Notes under the pieces: model-generated
Told to the model about the DNA's origin: nothing
Database searches by the model: none
The model's input: only the letters and a program-made list of their open reading frames with translations
Position numbers and translations under genes: made by a program
Assembly (NCBI GenBank): GCA_964016885.1
Contig: OZ024741.1
Coordinates: 383,408,001-383,472,000 of the forward strand
Source of the DNA: Eledone cirrhosa
Taxonomy: Eukaryota
DNA: 64,000 nucleotides
Direction: 5' to 3'
Shown here: piece by piece, positions 28,891-48,660 of the stretch
Layout of the letters: every line of letters starts with the position of its first letter
Numbering within the stretch: the first letter of the stretch is position 1

Positions 28891-29301
28891 GTATGCAGTT
28901 TTATACTCATTTTCCATTTATTTAGTTTCTCGTATTATTTTTTCTACATCAATATATAATTTCACCTATACATTTCTTAATCTCTCCTAATATTTTTTCA
29001 AATGCCAGTTTCTTTATCTTAACGAATATGAACATATGTTGTTATGCTTTATTTGTTGTTATTTTTTAGTCTTTTTTCAGTATCCAATCAAAAATTGTTA
29101 CGAGATACAAATATTTCTGAATGATCACTTAAATATTTATGTCCTTTATTCTTCTGTACACAATGGCTTGAAGATTGGAAACGAGAAGCTAAAAAAATGA
29201 TTTGGGAGGTTTTCAGCTTCCAATAAATATAGTAGATGAATTTATTTTCAGTACTGAGTACTTACACTTAGACTTCTTAGTTCGCATTAATGTGTCATAT
29301 A

Positions 29302-30958
<1,657 letters not shown>

Positions 30959-30967
30959 ATTATTATA

Positions 30968-31158
30968 TAATTGTTTCTACTTTTGGCACAAGGCCAGCAA
31001 TTACTCCAGTGTATTACTGGTACTTTATTTTATCGACCCCGTAAGGATGAAAGGCAAAGTAAACCTCGGCGGGATTTGAACTCAGAATGGCAAGGACCGT
31101 AACTCTATGCGTCAAAGCATGGCGTCCGACCTTCTACCGATACTGCCAATCCACCGCC
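30968..31158 (-). mobile_element. tRNA-derived SINE
   Basis: Family match. Confidence 0.88.
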
Positions 31159-31248
31159 CTTATATATTATTATATAATGCTCAGTATTTGTACTTTGAGC
31201 TTGTTAATTGCAGGGTATCAATATGAGTTAGTAACTCTGTATTTTATT

Positions 31249-31327
<79 letters not shown>

Positions 31328-31411
31328 TATCGCTCACCCAGTGGTAATGTTTTTACTAATTCTAATAGTGTTGTTTCAACTGATCCTGGTAGTAACCCTA
31401 ATCCTATTTAT

Positions 31412-32365
31412 ATGATTCCAGATGACAGTAGATATACTAAATGTAGAAACAGAAGGAGACTCAATAGGGTTTTGGCTGCTTCTAATAATGTTGTTTCAAC
31501 TAGTCCTCGTAGTAACCCTGATCCTATTAGTGGGATACTGGATAACGGTAGAGTTCGTAAGGATAGAAATAGGAAGAGACTCAATACTTATTTTAACCCG
31601 CCTTATGATCATGAAGTATTAACTAACATCCCTAGGTCTTTCTTTTCTATCTTAGAGAAAAATTTTCCTCCTTTTAATAAATACCATGGTATTTTTAATA
31701 AAAATGTAATTAAATTATCATTCTCTACCACCCCTAATATTAGTTCTCATTTAGCTAGCACTAACAATAAGAAAATTAGGGACAGCTACTCCTCTTTGCG
31801 TACTACTAGTCTTGATAGATCCATTAATGCCTTACCACCTGAGCAGACCTTATCTTATAATAAGCCTAGAAGTGATGCATCACTTATTCAGCCGGTAAAT
31901 AGCACCAGGAAGTGTAACAGTAGAGTAAGTATTAACTGCGCTTTAAATGGTCAATACCTCTATAGGAACATTGTTTACGCTTGTGAAGTTAAGACTGATT
32001 CTTCTAATAGCACATATATAGGCTCCACATCAAATACTTTTAAAACTAGGTTTAATTCTCATATCTCTAATTTTAAGCATGTTAAGTTTAAGAACTCTAC
32101 TTCTTTAGCACACCATATCTGGGATCTTAAAGGGGCAGGCATGCCATATAGCCTTAATTGGCGTATAGTAGCACGCTCTAATAACCTATCAACACACACT
32201 AAATTCTGTAATCTCTGTATCCTAGAGACCCACTCTATAATTTTCTCTAGGGAAGTTTTGCTTAATAGAAAGTCTGAGATATTTTCTTCCTGCCCCCATG
32301 CCATTTCTAATTCTTTCTTCTATTATAGACCTAAAAGTTCTGGTAGTTTAAATCGTATCCATTAG
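31412..32365 (+). pseudogene. PLE linker + GIY-YIG endonuclease domain (RT lost)
   Basis: YFNPPY, NKYHGIFN..IKLSFS, IVY.CEV..YIGST..FKTRF.SH, CNLC..E, LNRKSE..CPH; some zinc-motif Cys mutated. Confidence 0.85.
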
Positions 32366-33459
32366 CTGCTATATTTCCTTATCTTTTTTGTTTAGGTTTA
32401 TTTTGATTACCATCATCTTTATTATTATTAATTTTTTTACAACCTTTCGCTTTTAGTTTCCATAGTCTTTGGGCTACCATACCCTATCTATCGTCTTAAG
32501 CATTATTATAGTTTCACTACTAACACCTTATGGGTTTATATCTTATTAAATACTTTGGTTGGAGTCTCATTCAACTAATGTACCTCCTCCACTAAAAACT
32601 TAATATCCGCCCCTTCTATTACACTATATATAAATTTCACCTTTATGCTCCTTTTATGATATTATATAATATATTGATTTTAATTGTATGCTCCTTCCTA
32701 TCCTCCATAACCTCTCTTCTTTCTGTTCCCATTGGTCTACCATAGTTCTATTTAGAGTCCTTTCATTTGATAACGTTATTCGACTGAACGAAGCATATTT
32801 TACTCTATTCTTGATAATTTTATTGAGATATCTTAAACTTATACGGTTTTGATGACTTAAACAATAACCAATTTTAAAGTGACTAAATATGTATTTTAAA
32901 TACTTTTAATATTAATTAATTTAGAAAGGTTTTTCTAGTCAACTCTCTGGTCTACATTTCTATCTTTTTTCTTTTACTTAACCGCTTGTGACACCTAAGT
33001 AAATATACTTGTTTTTGTTTTTCGATCTTCCGTTTATTTAATTTATTTTTTTACTACCACACTCTGTTTGTCTGACCATGTAATTTGATTAATATATGTC
33101 TGCATGTCAACCACGTAAATATATTTTGTAATATTTTGTGATATTTTGGTAATATGTATGCCAATGTAAAATGACTTGACCTCCGTGTATTTGTTACAAT
33201 GGTATAGAGATTTTTTCAACACAATTTTTTCAACACAATTTAGTTCTATATGATTTTTTCTTACCCTTTGTAAAACTTTATACTATTTGTTAACCTTAAA
33301 TTGTATGTATGATTTAATTTTGTATATCTTTTGATGCCAATATATTATAATATTGTTACTATAATGTTATTATAATGTTTCTATATTGTTTATGCACACT
33401 GACAGGGAATTATATATTATATTTTATTTTTATTTTTATCTTTATTATATTATACTGTA

Positions 33460-33516
<57 letters not shown>

Positions 33517-33866
33517 AATACTTAATAAGTGTTAGTTTGTATTTGTACTAATGTGTAGATGTATAGAGATATATGTATATATATACATATATTAAGCTTT
33601 TTATTATCATCATCTATATTATATTATACTCGCATTATATTACCATTTGTGTTTCAAGTTTTTGCATTATACAATATTTGCAGTGTGGGTTCAACATGTT
33701 AATCACTTACTTGCTATTTGGTCCATATCTATGTTTGTAACTGCTCACTCTTAATCTTAGACAACTTTTCCTTGATATCTTTCCTAATCTTTAATAGATG
33801 TATACTCCATATTCTTCTGAGTTTTTTGGCTTGTATTGGCCGATAGTGCTTCTTGTAGCTTTACTT

Positions 33867-33904
33867 GCCCTGATGAGTCCTTAATAGGACGAAACATTGT
33901 TGGC
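33867..33904 (+). ncRNA. Minimal type I hammerhead ribozyme
   Basis: gcc CTGATGA gtcc ttaata ggac GAAA cattg TT ggc; AATAAA at 33906. Confidence 0.85.
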
Positions 33905-34053
33905 TAATAAAGACTTTTGATGTATTGAAGGCTTCTTTGGTTTATTTTTTATAATTCTTCGGCTCTGTTTAATTACATTGAGCTATATCCTATACTGTCA
34001 TTTCTATAATATGAAGAGGGTGTTTAACTCCAACCTACTCTAGTATTTTAATT

Positions 34054-34124
<71 letters not shown>

Positions 34125-34916
34125 CACTGACTGCTGCTGTGCCCTCTGGCCACCTCCCAGCACCAACAGACCACAGCACTCCCACTGCTGACCACTTCCT
34201 GTTGCGCGCGCACCCCACATCTCTCCTCTTCCGACCACCACTTCATGGATTACCCACACGCAGAATTTGACTTACCAACAATCTACTAACATCCTTGGAA
34301 CTTACCAACTTTTCAACCATCTTCTTGCGTAATCACCTATATAACTCACCCGCACAAACACCCCCAAAAAATGTTTTTTCTCCACACGCCACCCACACCC
34401 ACAACACGCTTAAACCCCACACACACACGTGCTTCCCACCACATATTTACACACTCAGCCTCCTGATTCCTCTCCCCCCACCCCCCTATCCACACACGCA
34501 CAGACACTCCGACCCACAAACACACCCCCCACACACACCCCTTCCTGAACATGCAACCCCGTTTTTCCCCCAACCCTTACTTTCACATACACACACACAC
34601 ACACACACGCACACCTACACACACACACCACCTTCAGCCCTCCCCGCTCGGACACCCCGTCTCCCTCTCCCCACTCCACCCGCCACCACCCCTACTCACC
34701 CCCCACCCTTCCACCACCTGTTTACCCCCCTTTTAATTTCAGTTTATTTTGATCATGCCTTTATTTTTAAATTTTCTCATTCCTTGTATTTTGATCATGA
34801 TTTATTTTTATTTTTTATCTTTATTTATTTTTTTTCATTCGCACCGTTTCCTTTCGTTATATATCTCTCCACCACTCCCCTACACACCTTTTGAACTCTG
34901 TTCCCACACACTTCTC

Positions 34917-34948
34917 ACCTGAGGAAGGGCTTATGCCCGAAACGTCGT
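34917..34948 (+). ncRNA. Minimal hammerhead with weak stem I, in a TA-flanked insert (34123-35042)
   Basis: ac CTGAGGA a gggc ttat gccc GAAA cg TC gt; AATAAA at 34985. Confidence 0.7.
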
Positions 34949-35041
34949 CCCCCACTTAACCCCCACTCTCCTGAGCATGAAATTAATAAACATTTATTGT
35001 ACTGCCTCTCTGTTTTGTCCCTGTTCAAAAAAAATGTTTCC

Positions 35042-35186
<145 letters not shown>

Positions 35187-36174
35187 ATGCATGCGGGTCT
35201 AGGCGTCCGCGCGTGTGTGTGTGTGCGTGTATATGTTTGTACGCATGTGTGTGTCTTTGTATGTGTATACACTGATTTAATGAAGTACCAGTAATTCTCT
35301 CCAGTCTCAACTTAAATGCCATACTTGAAATTCTATTTGAAAACAACAATGTTAGTCGAAAGTTTTGAATTGTCTGTAAGTTCTAGATCTTATAGGAAAA
35401 TACCCAACAAAAACTAATTTATCATCATTAAGAAGACGAAGAAATTCTTTAACATGATTTCGTGACACGAACAAGCAGGTGCTTTACTATCGATTAATAT
35501 GAGAGTGCCGGTTTCTCGTGTTTATTTTATGATAAATGTGTAGCATAATTTCTCAGAAGCATTATGTACTTGTTAGATTAAATCGTGAAAGAAGTTTTTC
35601 ATTATGCATAAATTATTACTGCACTTTACATACACCTGGTTACGTTATGAGATTATCGTCTAAGCAGTAACTAATGATAACAAAATGTGTTATCATTGTA
35701 TATCCCTGGGTCAGCATGCATAGAATCAAAGGTATTCCTGGCATTACCTAGAACTACATTAAGACTTGAGAGAATGTTTGTTACTCGTTCTCGTAGTTTG
35801 GGGAATCAAAACATTTTATATTATAATAGTAGTAATAGTTATATCGTAGTAGTAATGATTTCATATTATAGTAGTCTGGCGGTAAACATAACTTGAGTCT
35901 TTTAACACTTACCATAAGGAAACAAATCTAAATCTCCCAAGTTCTATGCTGACAAGAAGGAAGCTACGTAGGAGAGTAGAACTATCCTTTTGGTATGGTT
36001 TGTCAACATATCATACACAACTGAATCACATGACCCCAGAATCCCTCTGTTAACTGCACTCTAGAGTACAAGAAAGGATCTCGACAAAGAAATATTCTCA
36101 AATATTACACACACATACAAGGTGGACAGTAACATAGTCGACACCTTATGGTAACTTTTCTGTTGCTGTAATGA

Positions 36175-36460
36175 GTAATACTTACTGGTCATTTATCTGG
36201 TAGAATGACTATTGTAATAGTGACTGTTAACTACTGGACAGTTACACAGTATCATGTGTGTTGTAGTAAAACAAATGTTAAATACGTGTCAGTCACACGA
36301 TACAATGGCTGTTGTATTCAAAGATATTAAATATTGGCCAGTCACACAATACTATGGCTGTTGTATAACAAAAATGTTAACTACTGGTCAGTTACAACAG
36401 CATCATGTCTGTTTCATGTTGACTATATAATTAACCTACTGGTCACTTATAAACACAACG
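36175..36460. repeat. Degenerate ~55-bp tandem repeat
   Basis: Recurrent tactggtcagt(t/c)acac....atggctgttgta....aaa.gttaa. Confidence 0.6.
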
Positions 36461-38714
36461 CCATGCTGGTAATGTTATTAGAAATACAGGCATCTGTTTA
36501 CGTGTAATTCCAGCAGATGGCCTGGTTGTGGTTAATGCAATAATGGTATTATTCTAGTATTTTCTTTCTGCAGATTTTTTTTTTATTTGAATATTTATCT
36601 CTTGGCTAGTAAAATGAGATGTATTATAATTTACAATGTTCAACGAACGAATTGAAGATGGGTGGGAATTACTTTTAATGATATATTTTAAGGAATTCAA
36701 AACTAATCACCGCCATTCAATTTCAGTAAGTTTGGTACAACGAAAGATGTCTTGAAATGATTTAGTGCAAAATAAGGTCCTCGTAAAAAACATAAAGAAC
36801 TTACTCTACTGCTTTTGTAGAACATTCAAGAATTAAGCTCCTGTTCAACAAGATAATTTATTACTTTCTCTTAAGTAGTAATTAATCAGAAATCCACAAA
36901 CTTTAGTGAAAGACATACCAGTTGTTTTCTTTTATGTCAAAAGAATATTTTATTTTCCTTCCCTAGAGTCTTTTAGATAACTACAGACACACTAACGACA
37001 AAATCAATTGTAAATATATCACGTTCAGGTTTAGAACAAATTGAATTATTTAGAAGATTTCGTTCCGGCTATGGAAATATTTCTAGTTCACAATATTATG
37101 TTTTGACTATTTGACTTAACCCTCTGATTGAAAACATTCTGTAAATATACATTGTATCAGGGTATTTTAGCAAATAACTACACAACGGTCTGCAAAAAAC
37201 ATTCAACGATTGATGTTTTTAAAAACATCATTCGGTTAACATGATCAAACCAAAACAGAAACAAAATTATGCTTTTAAAATGTGTGTATAATCGCTCCCT
37301 AAAGAGGTTCTGCGCTTAATACTGATCGAATAACACATACAATGTGTTCAGTTGAATGGATATTATATCTATAGTATAGACTAACAAGAGATAAATTAAA
37401 AAGGACACTATAGAAACAAACAAAGCATTAAGATAAGACTTTTGCTACTATTAACATTGTTATAGACACGAACTATGAAATTACGGGAGCTTTATATTCT
37501 CCTTTTGAGGATTTACAAAATAGTAATTTCTTTCACCAAAATAAAAAAACATTTTTTTGTCAGAAAATCTTGTCGATTGGCACGGTGGTTATATTATTGA
37601 TTTATTCTGCTTAAACGTAAGATCCTTTATATATAAATAAAATAAATAGGAAGGTGTATTAGTCGCCATATCTTTCTGGGTGGCAATAGAAATACTGATG
37701 AATTGAAATTGCTTCACTAACAAACGAAATCTTGCAGTGAACTAGACTCCACGATAGCTTTCATCTTTCTTTTAGGATCTCGGCTGAGATCATTATTTTA
37801 TCAGTCCCAAATTATCAGAATCAAATTGAAGATAGAAAATTGAATGTGGTATTACTATAGATCATACTACGAGATTCTATAGTTTATTTTAGCCTTGCTC
37901 TTGTTAACATCTATAAATGAAGCTAATGGGTTTTAAAATGTGGGAAATGGAAATAAGCCTTATTCGTATATAGACAGAAAGATCTCTAACATGAAAAACG
38001 AAACTGTATTGCTCGCCAAAAACATCAATGAATTAACTTTGCTCCATGAAGCTCATCACATTTTCTATACAAGACACATGGTGTGTAAGGAAATATTTCC
38101 CCCTGTTTATATTTTACGATATGAGTAATGTGATAACTGTTTTATACATAAAGATATGTAAGCCGCTACAACATTACCGAAATAATATTTCAAAATTAAT
38201 AACAAACCTCTCGGCAAATAAAAGTTAGTGTTCGGGGAAAATTAGTAAAATTTAATATCAGTCTCAGGATGTTCATTCTTATCACTCATGCAGATATTAA
38301 AGTAAGAGTTATAACTTAGTTGCTCAACACAACTGTTGTTTAATAGAGATAGGGGAAAGAACTTCTATGTGAGCAAGAGTGAAAATGTATCAGTGAAGTA
38401 CACAAATCTGATATTAAGCAGTTTCGATTCACGTCTGCACTATCCTTCACACAAGTTATCAGAAAAAACAGTCACCCAAGGATTCTGCTATTTCTGCCAT
38501 TCTCACAGCACAAATATATTCGTATTAGTGCGTCTCTAGGATATATGTCGATATAATCTTAGTCGTGTTTTAGCTTTTACATCCTCAGAAAAAAAATGGT
38601 ACTGAATAAGTAAATCATAATCTATTTAGTACCAGCGTAAAACCATACAATAGGAACTGGGGTTTTCAATCGATTGCCCTCGTATTTAATGGCATCTACA
38701 AATCATATGCCATG

Positions 38715-38985
38715 TCTTCTTCTTCTTCTTCTTCTTCTTCTTCTTCTTCTTCTTCTTCTTCTTCTTCTTCTTCTTCTTCTTCTTCTTCTTCTTCTTCTTC
38801 TTCTTCTTCTTCTTCTTCTTCGTCCACTTATTCCTGAGATTCCTCAAACACTCCTTCCAGTGGGTCCTGCCAGTTTCCAACTGATTGGCCTGAATCCCCA
38901 AGCGAGACCAGCCAAGTCATGGATGTTATATTGCTCGGAGTCTATCCACGGGTCTCCTGCCGGTTGGTTTTGCCTGTAAAATCTG
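38715..38985 (-). mobile_element. RTE LINE 3' end with (GAA)n tail
   Basis: Minus-strand remnant PAGRP..LGWSRLGIQANQLE..W leading into (GAA)n (38715-38821). Confidence 0.65.
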
Positions 38986-39499
38986 TCCAGCGATTTTTCC
39001 TGAGACATTCTAACCCCATATATACATGCGCCGAAACATTGGTTCGGGATACATTTACAGCTGACGATGGAAACTCCTTGGCCACAACTTACTTTCCCTA
39101 TTTTTCCACGGTTACTTTTTTGCATGTTTCTTTCACCTGTCTTCCCAAGATGGGACCTGCACACTTTTTTCTTCTATTCCTTTCCTATTTTCCTCCTTCT
39201 TCCTCTCTCCTCATCTTTTTCCCCCCTGTTCTTCCTCCTTTCCCTCTCTTTTCTTTTTATCTCTACCTTTATTCTCTCTTTCTCTCTCCTTTTCCACCTG
39301 GCCTTTTGATTAATAAAAGGCCTCGGGCGCACCCGAACTACACCGATGTCCTGTAATTCAGTGCCGAAACATCGGTTCGGGATACTCTTACAGCTGACGA
39401 TGGAAACTCCTTTCTTCCTTTCTCCTGATCTTCCGTCCTAACTACCATCCTAAACCCTGTTTTTAGTAACCACACAGCTCCTTTCGTTTCATAACTTGT

Positions 39500-39551
<52 letters not shown>

Positions 39552-39719
39552 TAGATAGATAGATAGATATAGATATATATATTCGCACAGATTAGCATTC
39601 TAAGCAAATAATTTTCTTTTTCACTCTTATACGAGATTTTTTGTATGAATCTCTCTGTTTCTCTTCACCCCCTCTCTCTCCCTCTCTCGTCCCTTCAATA
39701 TCTCTAATTTCTCATTCTT

Positions 39720-39755
39720 TCTTCTGATGAAGGACTAGCGTTCGAAACGTTAAGA
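39720..39755 (+). ncRNA. Minimal hammerhead ribozyme
   Basis: tctt CTGATGA a ggac tagc gttc GAAA cg TT aaga; palindromic AACGTT. Confidence 0.8.
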
Positions 39756-39843
39756 CTTTCATCCTGCTATTTCAAGCGTTAACCTAATATATTCCTTCCA
39801 TACACTGTACCAATTGTGTTGTTATTTCTGTTTACCTATTACA

Positions 39844-39883
<40 letters not shown>

Positions 39884-39980
39884 TATATATATATGTGTGT
39901 GTATGTGTGTTTGTGTCGGTCTCTATGCGTGTGTATGTGTGTACAACTCTTATGAAGTCCTTTGTAGATTTATATATATA

Positions 39981-40934
<954 letters not shown>

Positions 40935-41643
40935 TGTTGGTGGGGGTGAGAATATAAGTAATTAATGTGTACGACCCTTAATCAAATTGCTACAGTTGTC
41001 CTACATCTACTACGTGTAGTCTTATCTATTGATATATATCTATTAATGAAACTTCTTAATATAAAATTAATTATATATAGAATAAGGATCGAATTCTTCT
41101 GAATGATTCAGTTTATTGTGATTTGATTAATGTTTATTTTTTTTGTAAGCTCAAAAAGATTTAGAGGCCTTTATCTGTTAAACAGAATTAAGCATATAAC
41201 CAATGATATATTATAAGATCAATATTAGTCACCTTATTTCAATATTTCTGAAGATTATTTATACCACTCGCAAAGAGTATTCCTGTCTTTAATTAAATGA
41301 TATGCAACATTTCCATTAATCAAGAAAATTAATTTTTAAATTGTAATCTATAAATGATTTTAATTCATATAACGATAAACAGCATTGGCTAAGCAGATAA
41401 TTGTCTCATGCATGTAAAATAGTACTAGTTTGCTAATCGGCTTGTAATCTGCATATCTACAAGGGATGTCTATAGATAACAGCAAAGTACTAATTCATTT
41501 CCACATCTGACCAAAAGACAGACGGTTCGCTATATAATCGTTACTAAGAGACAATACCAGCGGTTCCCAAACTTTTCATTACTAATTTTCCCACGCAAAC
41601 TCGCTAGTTTCTCTCATACTTGGTTATTAGACGGCGATGATAA

Positions 41644-41829
41644 TAATTGTTTCTAGGTTAGGCACAAGGCCAGCAATTACCCAGTGCATTACTGGTACTT
41701 TATTTTATCGACCCCGTAAGGATGAAAGGCAAAGTTAACCTTGGCGGGATTTGAACTCATATCATAAAGGGAGGTAACTCTATGCTTCAAAGCATGGCGT
41801 CCGACCCTCTACCAATACTGCCAATCCAC
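41644..41829 (-). mobile_element. tRNA-derived SINE
   Basis: Family match. Confidence 0.88.
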
Positions 41830-41976
41830 AAGAGAGGGATTGTTATACTTAGTGAAAAAGAATACCCAATAATTTAAATATGTTCTGCACATATCGTATA
41901 GATGCCAAAGTAGAAGGTTGAAAAATGTTCCCAATATAGCTTAAACGTGTGTGTAAATGGAAATAGAAAGGGGTAG

Positions 41977-42724
<748 letters not shown>

Positions 42725-43021
42725 AATGTTAAGACAAATCACAGAGGCAATGAACATAAATGAACTCCAACCAAAATTAAATAGAAAACATGAATGGAAC
42801 AGCAACATCACAACTTACAATTAAGGACAAAATGAAAACACACACACATAGAACAAACAACCAACCATCAACATGTAAATAAACAAATAAATATACAAAT
42901 ATAAACACACACAGACACCCGGATGTAACACATGCGCAAACTAAGCACACAACACACACAAAAACAAGATGGCGTAGGACAGAACAAAGGAGAGGCACAA
43001 AAACAAAGAAAGGAATCCTCA

Positions 43022-43064
43022 GTCACTGAAGAGGTCGCAGAATGTGTGACGAAAGAACTTTGAC
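43022..43064 (+). ncRNA. Minimal hammerhead ribozyme
   Basis: gtca CTGAAGA g gtcgca gaatg tgtgac GAAA gaac TT tgac; downstream end atgaccctcc..aagtataacaatattt shared with 40730-40759. Confidence 0.8.
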
Positions 43065-43248
43065 AATATATGAACAATCATCTGGTTGTGGAACCAACCA
43101 ACCAACCGGAAATTTATAAGTTCCTAAATTTATAAATCTATTATAATAAATTGAAGTGAAAGCAACTGGTGGGTGTGTTTTTTATTTGCAACATGACCCT
43201 CCGAAAGTATAACAATATTTATATATATATACATATATATACATATAC

Positions 43249-44465
<1,217 letters not shown>

Positions 44466-44472
44466 TATATAC

Positions 44473-44651
<179 letters not shown>

Positions 44652-44654
44652 AAC

Positions 44655-44747
<93 letters not shown>

Positions 44748-45085
44748 AACGGAAAAAATGAAACGAAATTTCATTTCCCACTCCTAATACGGCTGTTACT
44801 TAAATATAAGTATGTACACGTACATACATATATGTATACAGACGTACAGTAGTATGTATATATATATACATACATGCACACATATATATATGTACATTTA
44901 TTATAATGCTCGGTGTGTTTGTAAACAAACATCCCGTATTAAACCGTAGTGTCTAGCAACCGAGCAAATATTATAATAAATGTTCGGTGAATCCATACGT
45001 ACATATATATATGTGTGCATGTATGTATATATATATACATTCTACTGTACGTCTGTATACATATATGTATGTACGTGTACATACT

Positions 45086-45090
<5 letters not shown>
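44748..45090. mobile_element. Partial fold-back copy of the family at 48890-49585 and 58670-59125
   Basis: aaatttcatttc.cactc.ta.tacggc and gtatacagacgtacagtag shared; the latter is inverted at 45042-45060. Confidence 0.7.
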
Positions 45091-45116
<26 letters not shown>

Positions 45117-45122
45117 TAAATT

Positions 45123-45162
<40 letters not shown>

Positions 45163-45166
<4 letters not shown>

Positions 45167-45860
45167 GTAAAAAATCGGGAGGTTATATCCGTAGTTGTTA
45201 GAACATTCAGTCGAAAGGACGACTTCAATAGAGATTTAGTTCCGCAACAAATCAGTGGACCATATTCGAGGACGTGCGTTTCACCGGGCAGATGGCTGCG
45301 GTGAAAACCGATGTATATGTGAGCTGACTGGATTATGCGCACCAGATGTCGGTTGACAAGGTATTGGTGACAAGGGAAATATCTCAAATTAGGCTGTTGC
45401 TGGGGAGACAATTTTCGTTTGAAACAATTCTCATTGTGGATTAACTTTTGGTTATCCTAGTTCCTTCTAGGTACGTAACAGATATTTTTAAGTACGGGCG
45501 CAGTGGTTAAAAAAATCGTGTCCTGTTTTAAAGCAAGTAATATTGCGTACCCCCTCCAATATTTCATGAATACACAGGTTAAAGGACACTACTTCATTTC
45601 CGTATGGCCTGGATTTGGTTACAACATTCTATTAAATGGAGAAATTCACGTCTGCATCTTTGGATGACCATACGTGGATTGCTAGATTCATGGATGATCG
45701 ATTATCAGACTGTTTAAAGATCGTCTGATAGTTAAGGAAGCGTTCTCTAAACCGGCCACCGACATCTGCCGCGCAGAATCCAGTCAGTTTATACATACTT
45801 CTGTTCTCACCGCAGACATACAGGGGTTGAAAATCCATCCAGGGGAACGCACGTACTTAT
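45163..45860 (-). mobile_element. Decayed 5'-truncated PLE (GIY-YIG remnant)
   Basis: VPLDGF, FRERFLNYQ..F, SSMNLAIHVWS.KD, NLCIHE; 3' end homologous to 59910-59968. Confidence 0.7.
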
Positions 45861-45891
45861 GTATGGTTTTCTAACTCTCTCTCTCTCTCTG

Positions 45892-45924
<33 letters not shown>

Positions 45925-45970
45925 GTATATATATATATACACGCACACACACACATACACATGCGTGCAC

Positions 45971-46086
<116 letters not shown>

Positions 46087-46283
46087 TATATATATATATT
46101 AAGACAAGGCTTATTATTAAAATATTATATAGCATTTCGACCGTTTCACTTGACTGACCAGGGATAGAAGGAAGTTTATTCTTGGAAAAATAGCTCAGCA
46201 TTCCAATTAAATGCACGTATTTTACGTTACAAGTTTTAATATCGCAGTTGGAGAAATATTATGACTTCGTAAGGGAAGTTGTA

Positions 46284-46439
<156 letters not shown>

Positions 46440-46650
46440 AGAGAGAGAGAGGAGAGAGAGAGAGGAGAGAGAGAGAGAGATAGAGAGAGAGAGAAATATA
46501 CACGGGTGTGTATGATTCTGTATAGAAGGTTATATTAGTAAAAGGAATTCCAACTTTGTCTGATTACTCGTTTTATTTACAATCCTTTAAAATTTATAAT
46601 GGTATTAGAATGAAATAGTATGGTAGAATATAAAATGTTAAGTGTTAATT

Positions 46651-46687
46651 GAACAAGTACTTTCATGCTTTCGCAATCTTCAGGTTC
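46651..46687 (-). ncRNA. Minimal hammerhead ribozyme
   Basis: rc: gaac CTGAAGA t tgc gaaa gca t GAAA gtac TT gttc. Confidence 0.8.
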
Positions 46688-47283
46688 ATATTTTGTAGGT
46701 GACAGTCAAGTGTTTTAAGGTTTTCTACGTTCGTCAGTTCTTCTTCAGTTCAAATTTTACTTGCATCCATCCTTCACACTTTCACCATAAATTGTCTTTC
46801 TAGTTTCGGTTTATATACAGATATATATATAGAGAGAGAGAGGGGGGAGTGAGAGAGAGAGAGAAATAGACAGAGAGGGAGAGGAAGAGATATGCACCCG
46901 GGCGTGTGTGTATATATCCCAACGTTACGAAAATTACTTCAGATCAAAAACTAAATACGAAACTTACTTCCCATTAATTTCTCTTTAACGAAGGTATATT
47001 GAACCCACAACTGCAAACTAAAAGAACCTACATTGATTATTTATTCGCAATGAAACAAACACTGTCCTATTTAATACACTATTATGTTTTCACTGGCTTC
47101 TCCGCATGAGGAGCGTCTCAATGTAACACCAGTCCTTAAACGTCCGCTTATTGTATCAGATATGGGGAGAGAAAGATTGAAAGACAGAAATACAGATAAA
47201 TAAGACGTTTAAAAAGGCTGGATTACAGTTTACTCGCAGTGGCACTCGAAGGCGGACGCTCACAAACGGGGACACACACACAC

Positions 47284-47411
<128 letters not shown>

Positions 47412-47871
47412 CCCTGCAATCAGTATATGTTGCAGAATCGATTTGGATTTGGAATATGTTCATGACTCTCTCGTATGTACTCTGAGTTCCACGCTCATAA
47501 AATACAGAGTCAATGACTCAAGCAATATCTTTGCTCAAAGAAAATATTGCTAGATTCTCAGATTGATCGCAAGTGTGTTTTATGGCAGTGAAACTACCAT
47601 ACGCACACATACACACCTACATACATATACGCATATATATATACACACATACACACGCACATACACATATATATATATATATTTATATTTATATATATAT
47701 ATATATATATATAAATATAAATTTTGAGTATATGTTGTTTGTATACCAACACCTCAGTATGCAGATTTGAGCACTCGGCGAAGTGCGCAGGTTGGTTTTG
47801 TTACTCCTGAGTAATGTAAAATAAAATAAAATAAATAAGTCAAATGTTTAAAATTTGGCTTCGTTTATTAC

Positions 47872-47922
47872 TGCTATATATATTTCGGTGACAGCCATCT
47901 TTGGCTGTGACCTCTTCAGGCA
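47872..47922 (-). ncRNA. Hammerhead ribozyme
   Basis: rc: tgc CTGAAGA ggt c acagcca aaga tggctgt c acc GAAA tatata TA gca, then AATAAA. Confidence 0.78.
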
Positions 47923-48077
47923 TTCCGAATTAGTGTGTTAGAGACGAGTACACATTTCGTTGAGGTGTTTAACTTTGTCAATACTCTGATACGCCCAGTT
48001 CCTGGTTGAGTTGTTTTTTCACTGAGTAACTGGCTCATATCATATAATCATATCATATCACATAATTTTCTCAAGTT

Positions 48078-48220
<143 letters not shown>

Positions 48221-48307
48221 GCGGAGGAAGTGTGGTAAGTAACGAGGTGGACCATAACGCACCAAAGTACTCCATACTGGGTTGTAGAGTGCGTAATAGG
48301 AAAATAA

Positions 48308-48396
48308 TTCAGGGCCCGGACGGCTGAGCTCCGGCCGTCTCAACAGCTGTCGACCTAGCTGTCGATACGGCAGGAGCTCAGCCGTCGGGGTCCTGC
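48308..48396. repeat. Short GC-rich imperfect palindrome; one arm recurs at 12793-12838
   Basis: gacggctgagctcc / ggagctcagccgtc; ctagctgtcga.acgg..ggagctcagccgtcggggtcctg at both loci, both TA-flanked. Confidence 0.75.
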
Positions 48397-48403
48397 TTCT
48401 TTT

Positions 48404-48465
<62 letters not shown>

Positions 48466-48466
<1 letters not shown>

Positions 48467-48660
48467 TAAAATAACAGATTAAAGTTTAAGCAAAGAATCG
48501 CTGCTTTCACCCTTAACGGGATCTTCTGAAACTAACAAAGTCAATCTGTAAACGCAGAACTGGATATTTCAAAAAACGTTGCAACCGGAGGAAGACGATA
48601 CTTTGGTTCGTGGTAACGTTCGCTGGCAAAGAACGGGAAAAAACGAATAATACGTCATTA
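48466..48660 (-). mobile_element. Helitron-family internal fragment
   Basis: Matches 26882-27085. Confidence 0.7.

Larger units (their letters stand above)
31324..34056 (+). mobile_element. 5'-truncated Naiad-like PLE between (TA)n tracts
   Basis: GIY-YIG ORF, long AT-rich 3' UTR, HHR followed by AATAAA near the 3' end. Confidence 0.85.

Noticed and set aside
28714-28990. Poly-Arg/poly-Glu ORFs (also poly-Leu/Lys at 38674-38979)
   Set aside because: (GAA)n tails of RTE fragments
39030-39410. Duplicated gccgaaacat.ggttcgggatac...cagctgacgatggaaactcc as a ribozyme
   Set aside because: The ~48-bp direct repeat is real, but I could not build stems I-III around the core-like words
45265-45310. 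HHR 3' half (rc GAAACGCACGTC) in a decayed PLE
   Set aside because: No recognisable CTGANGA half
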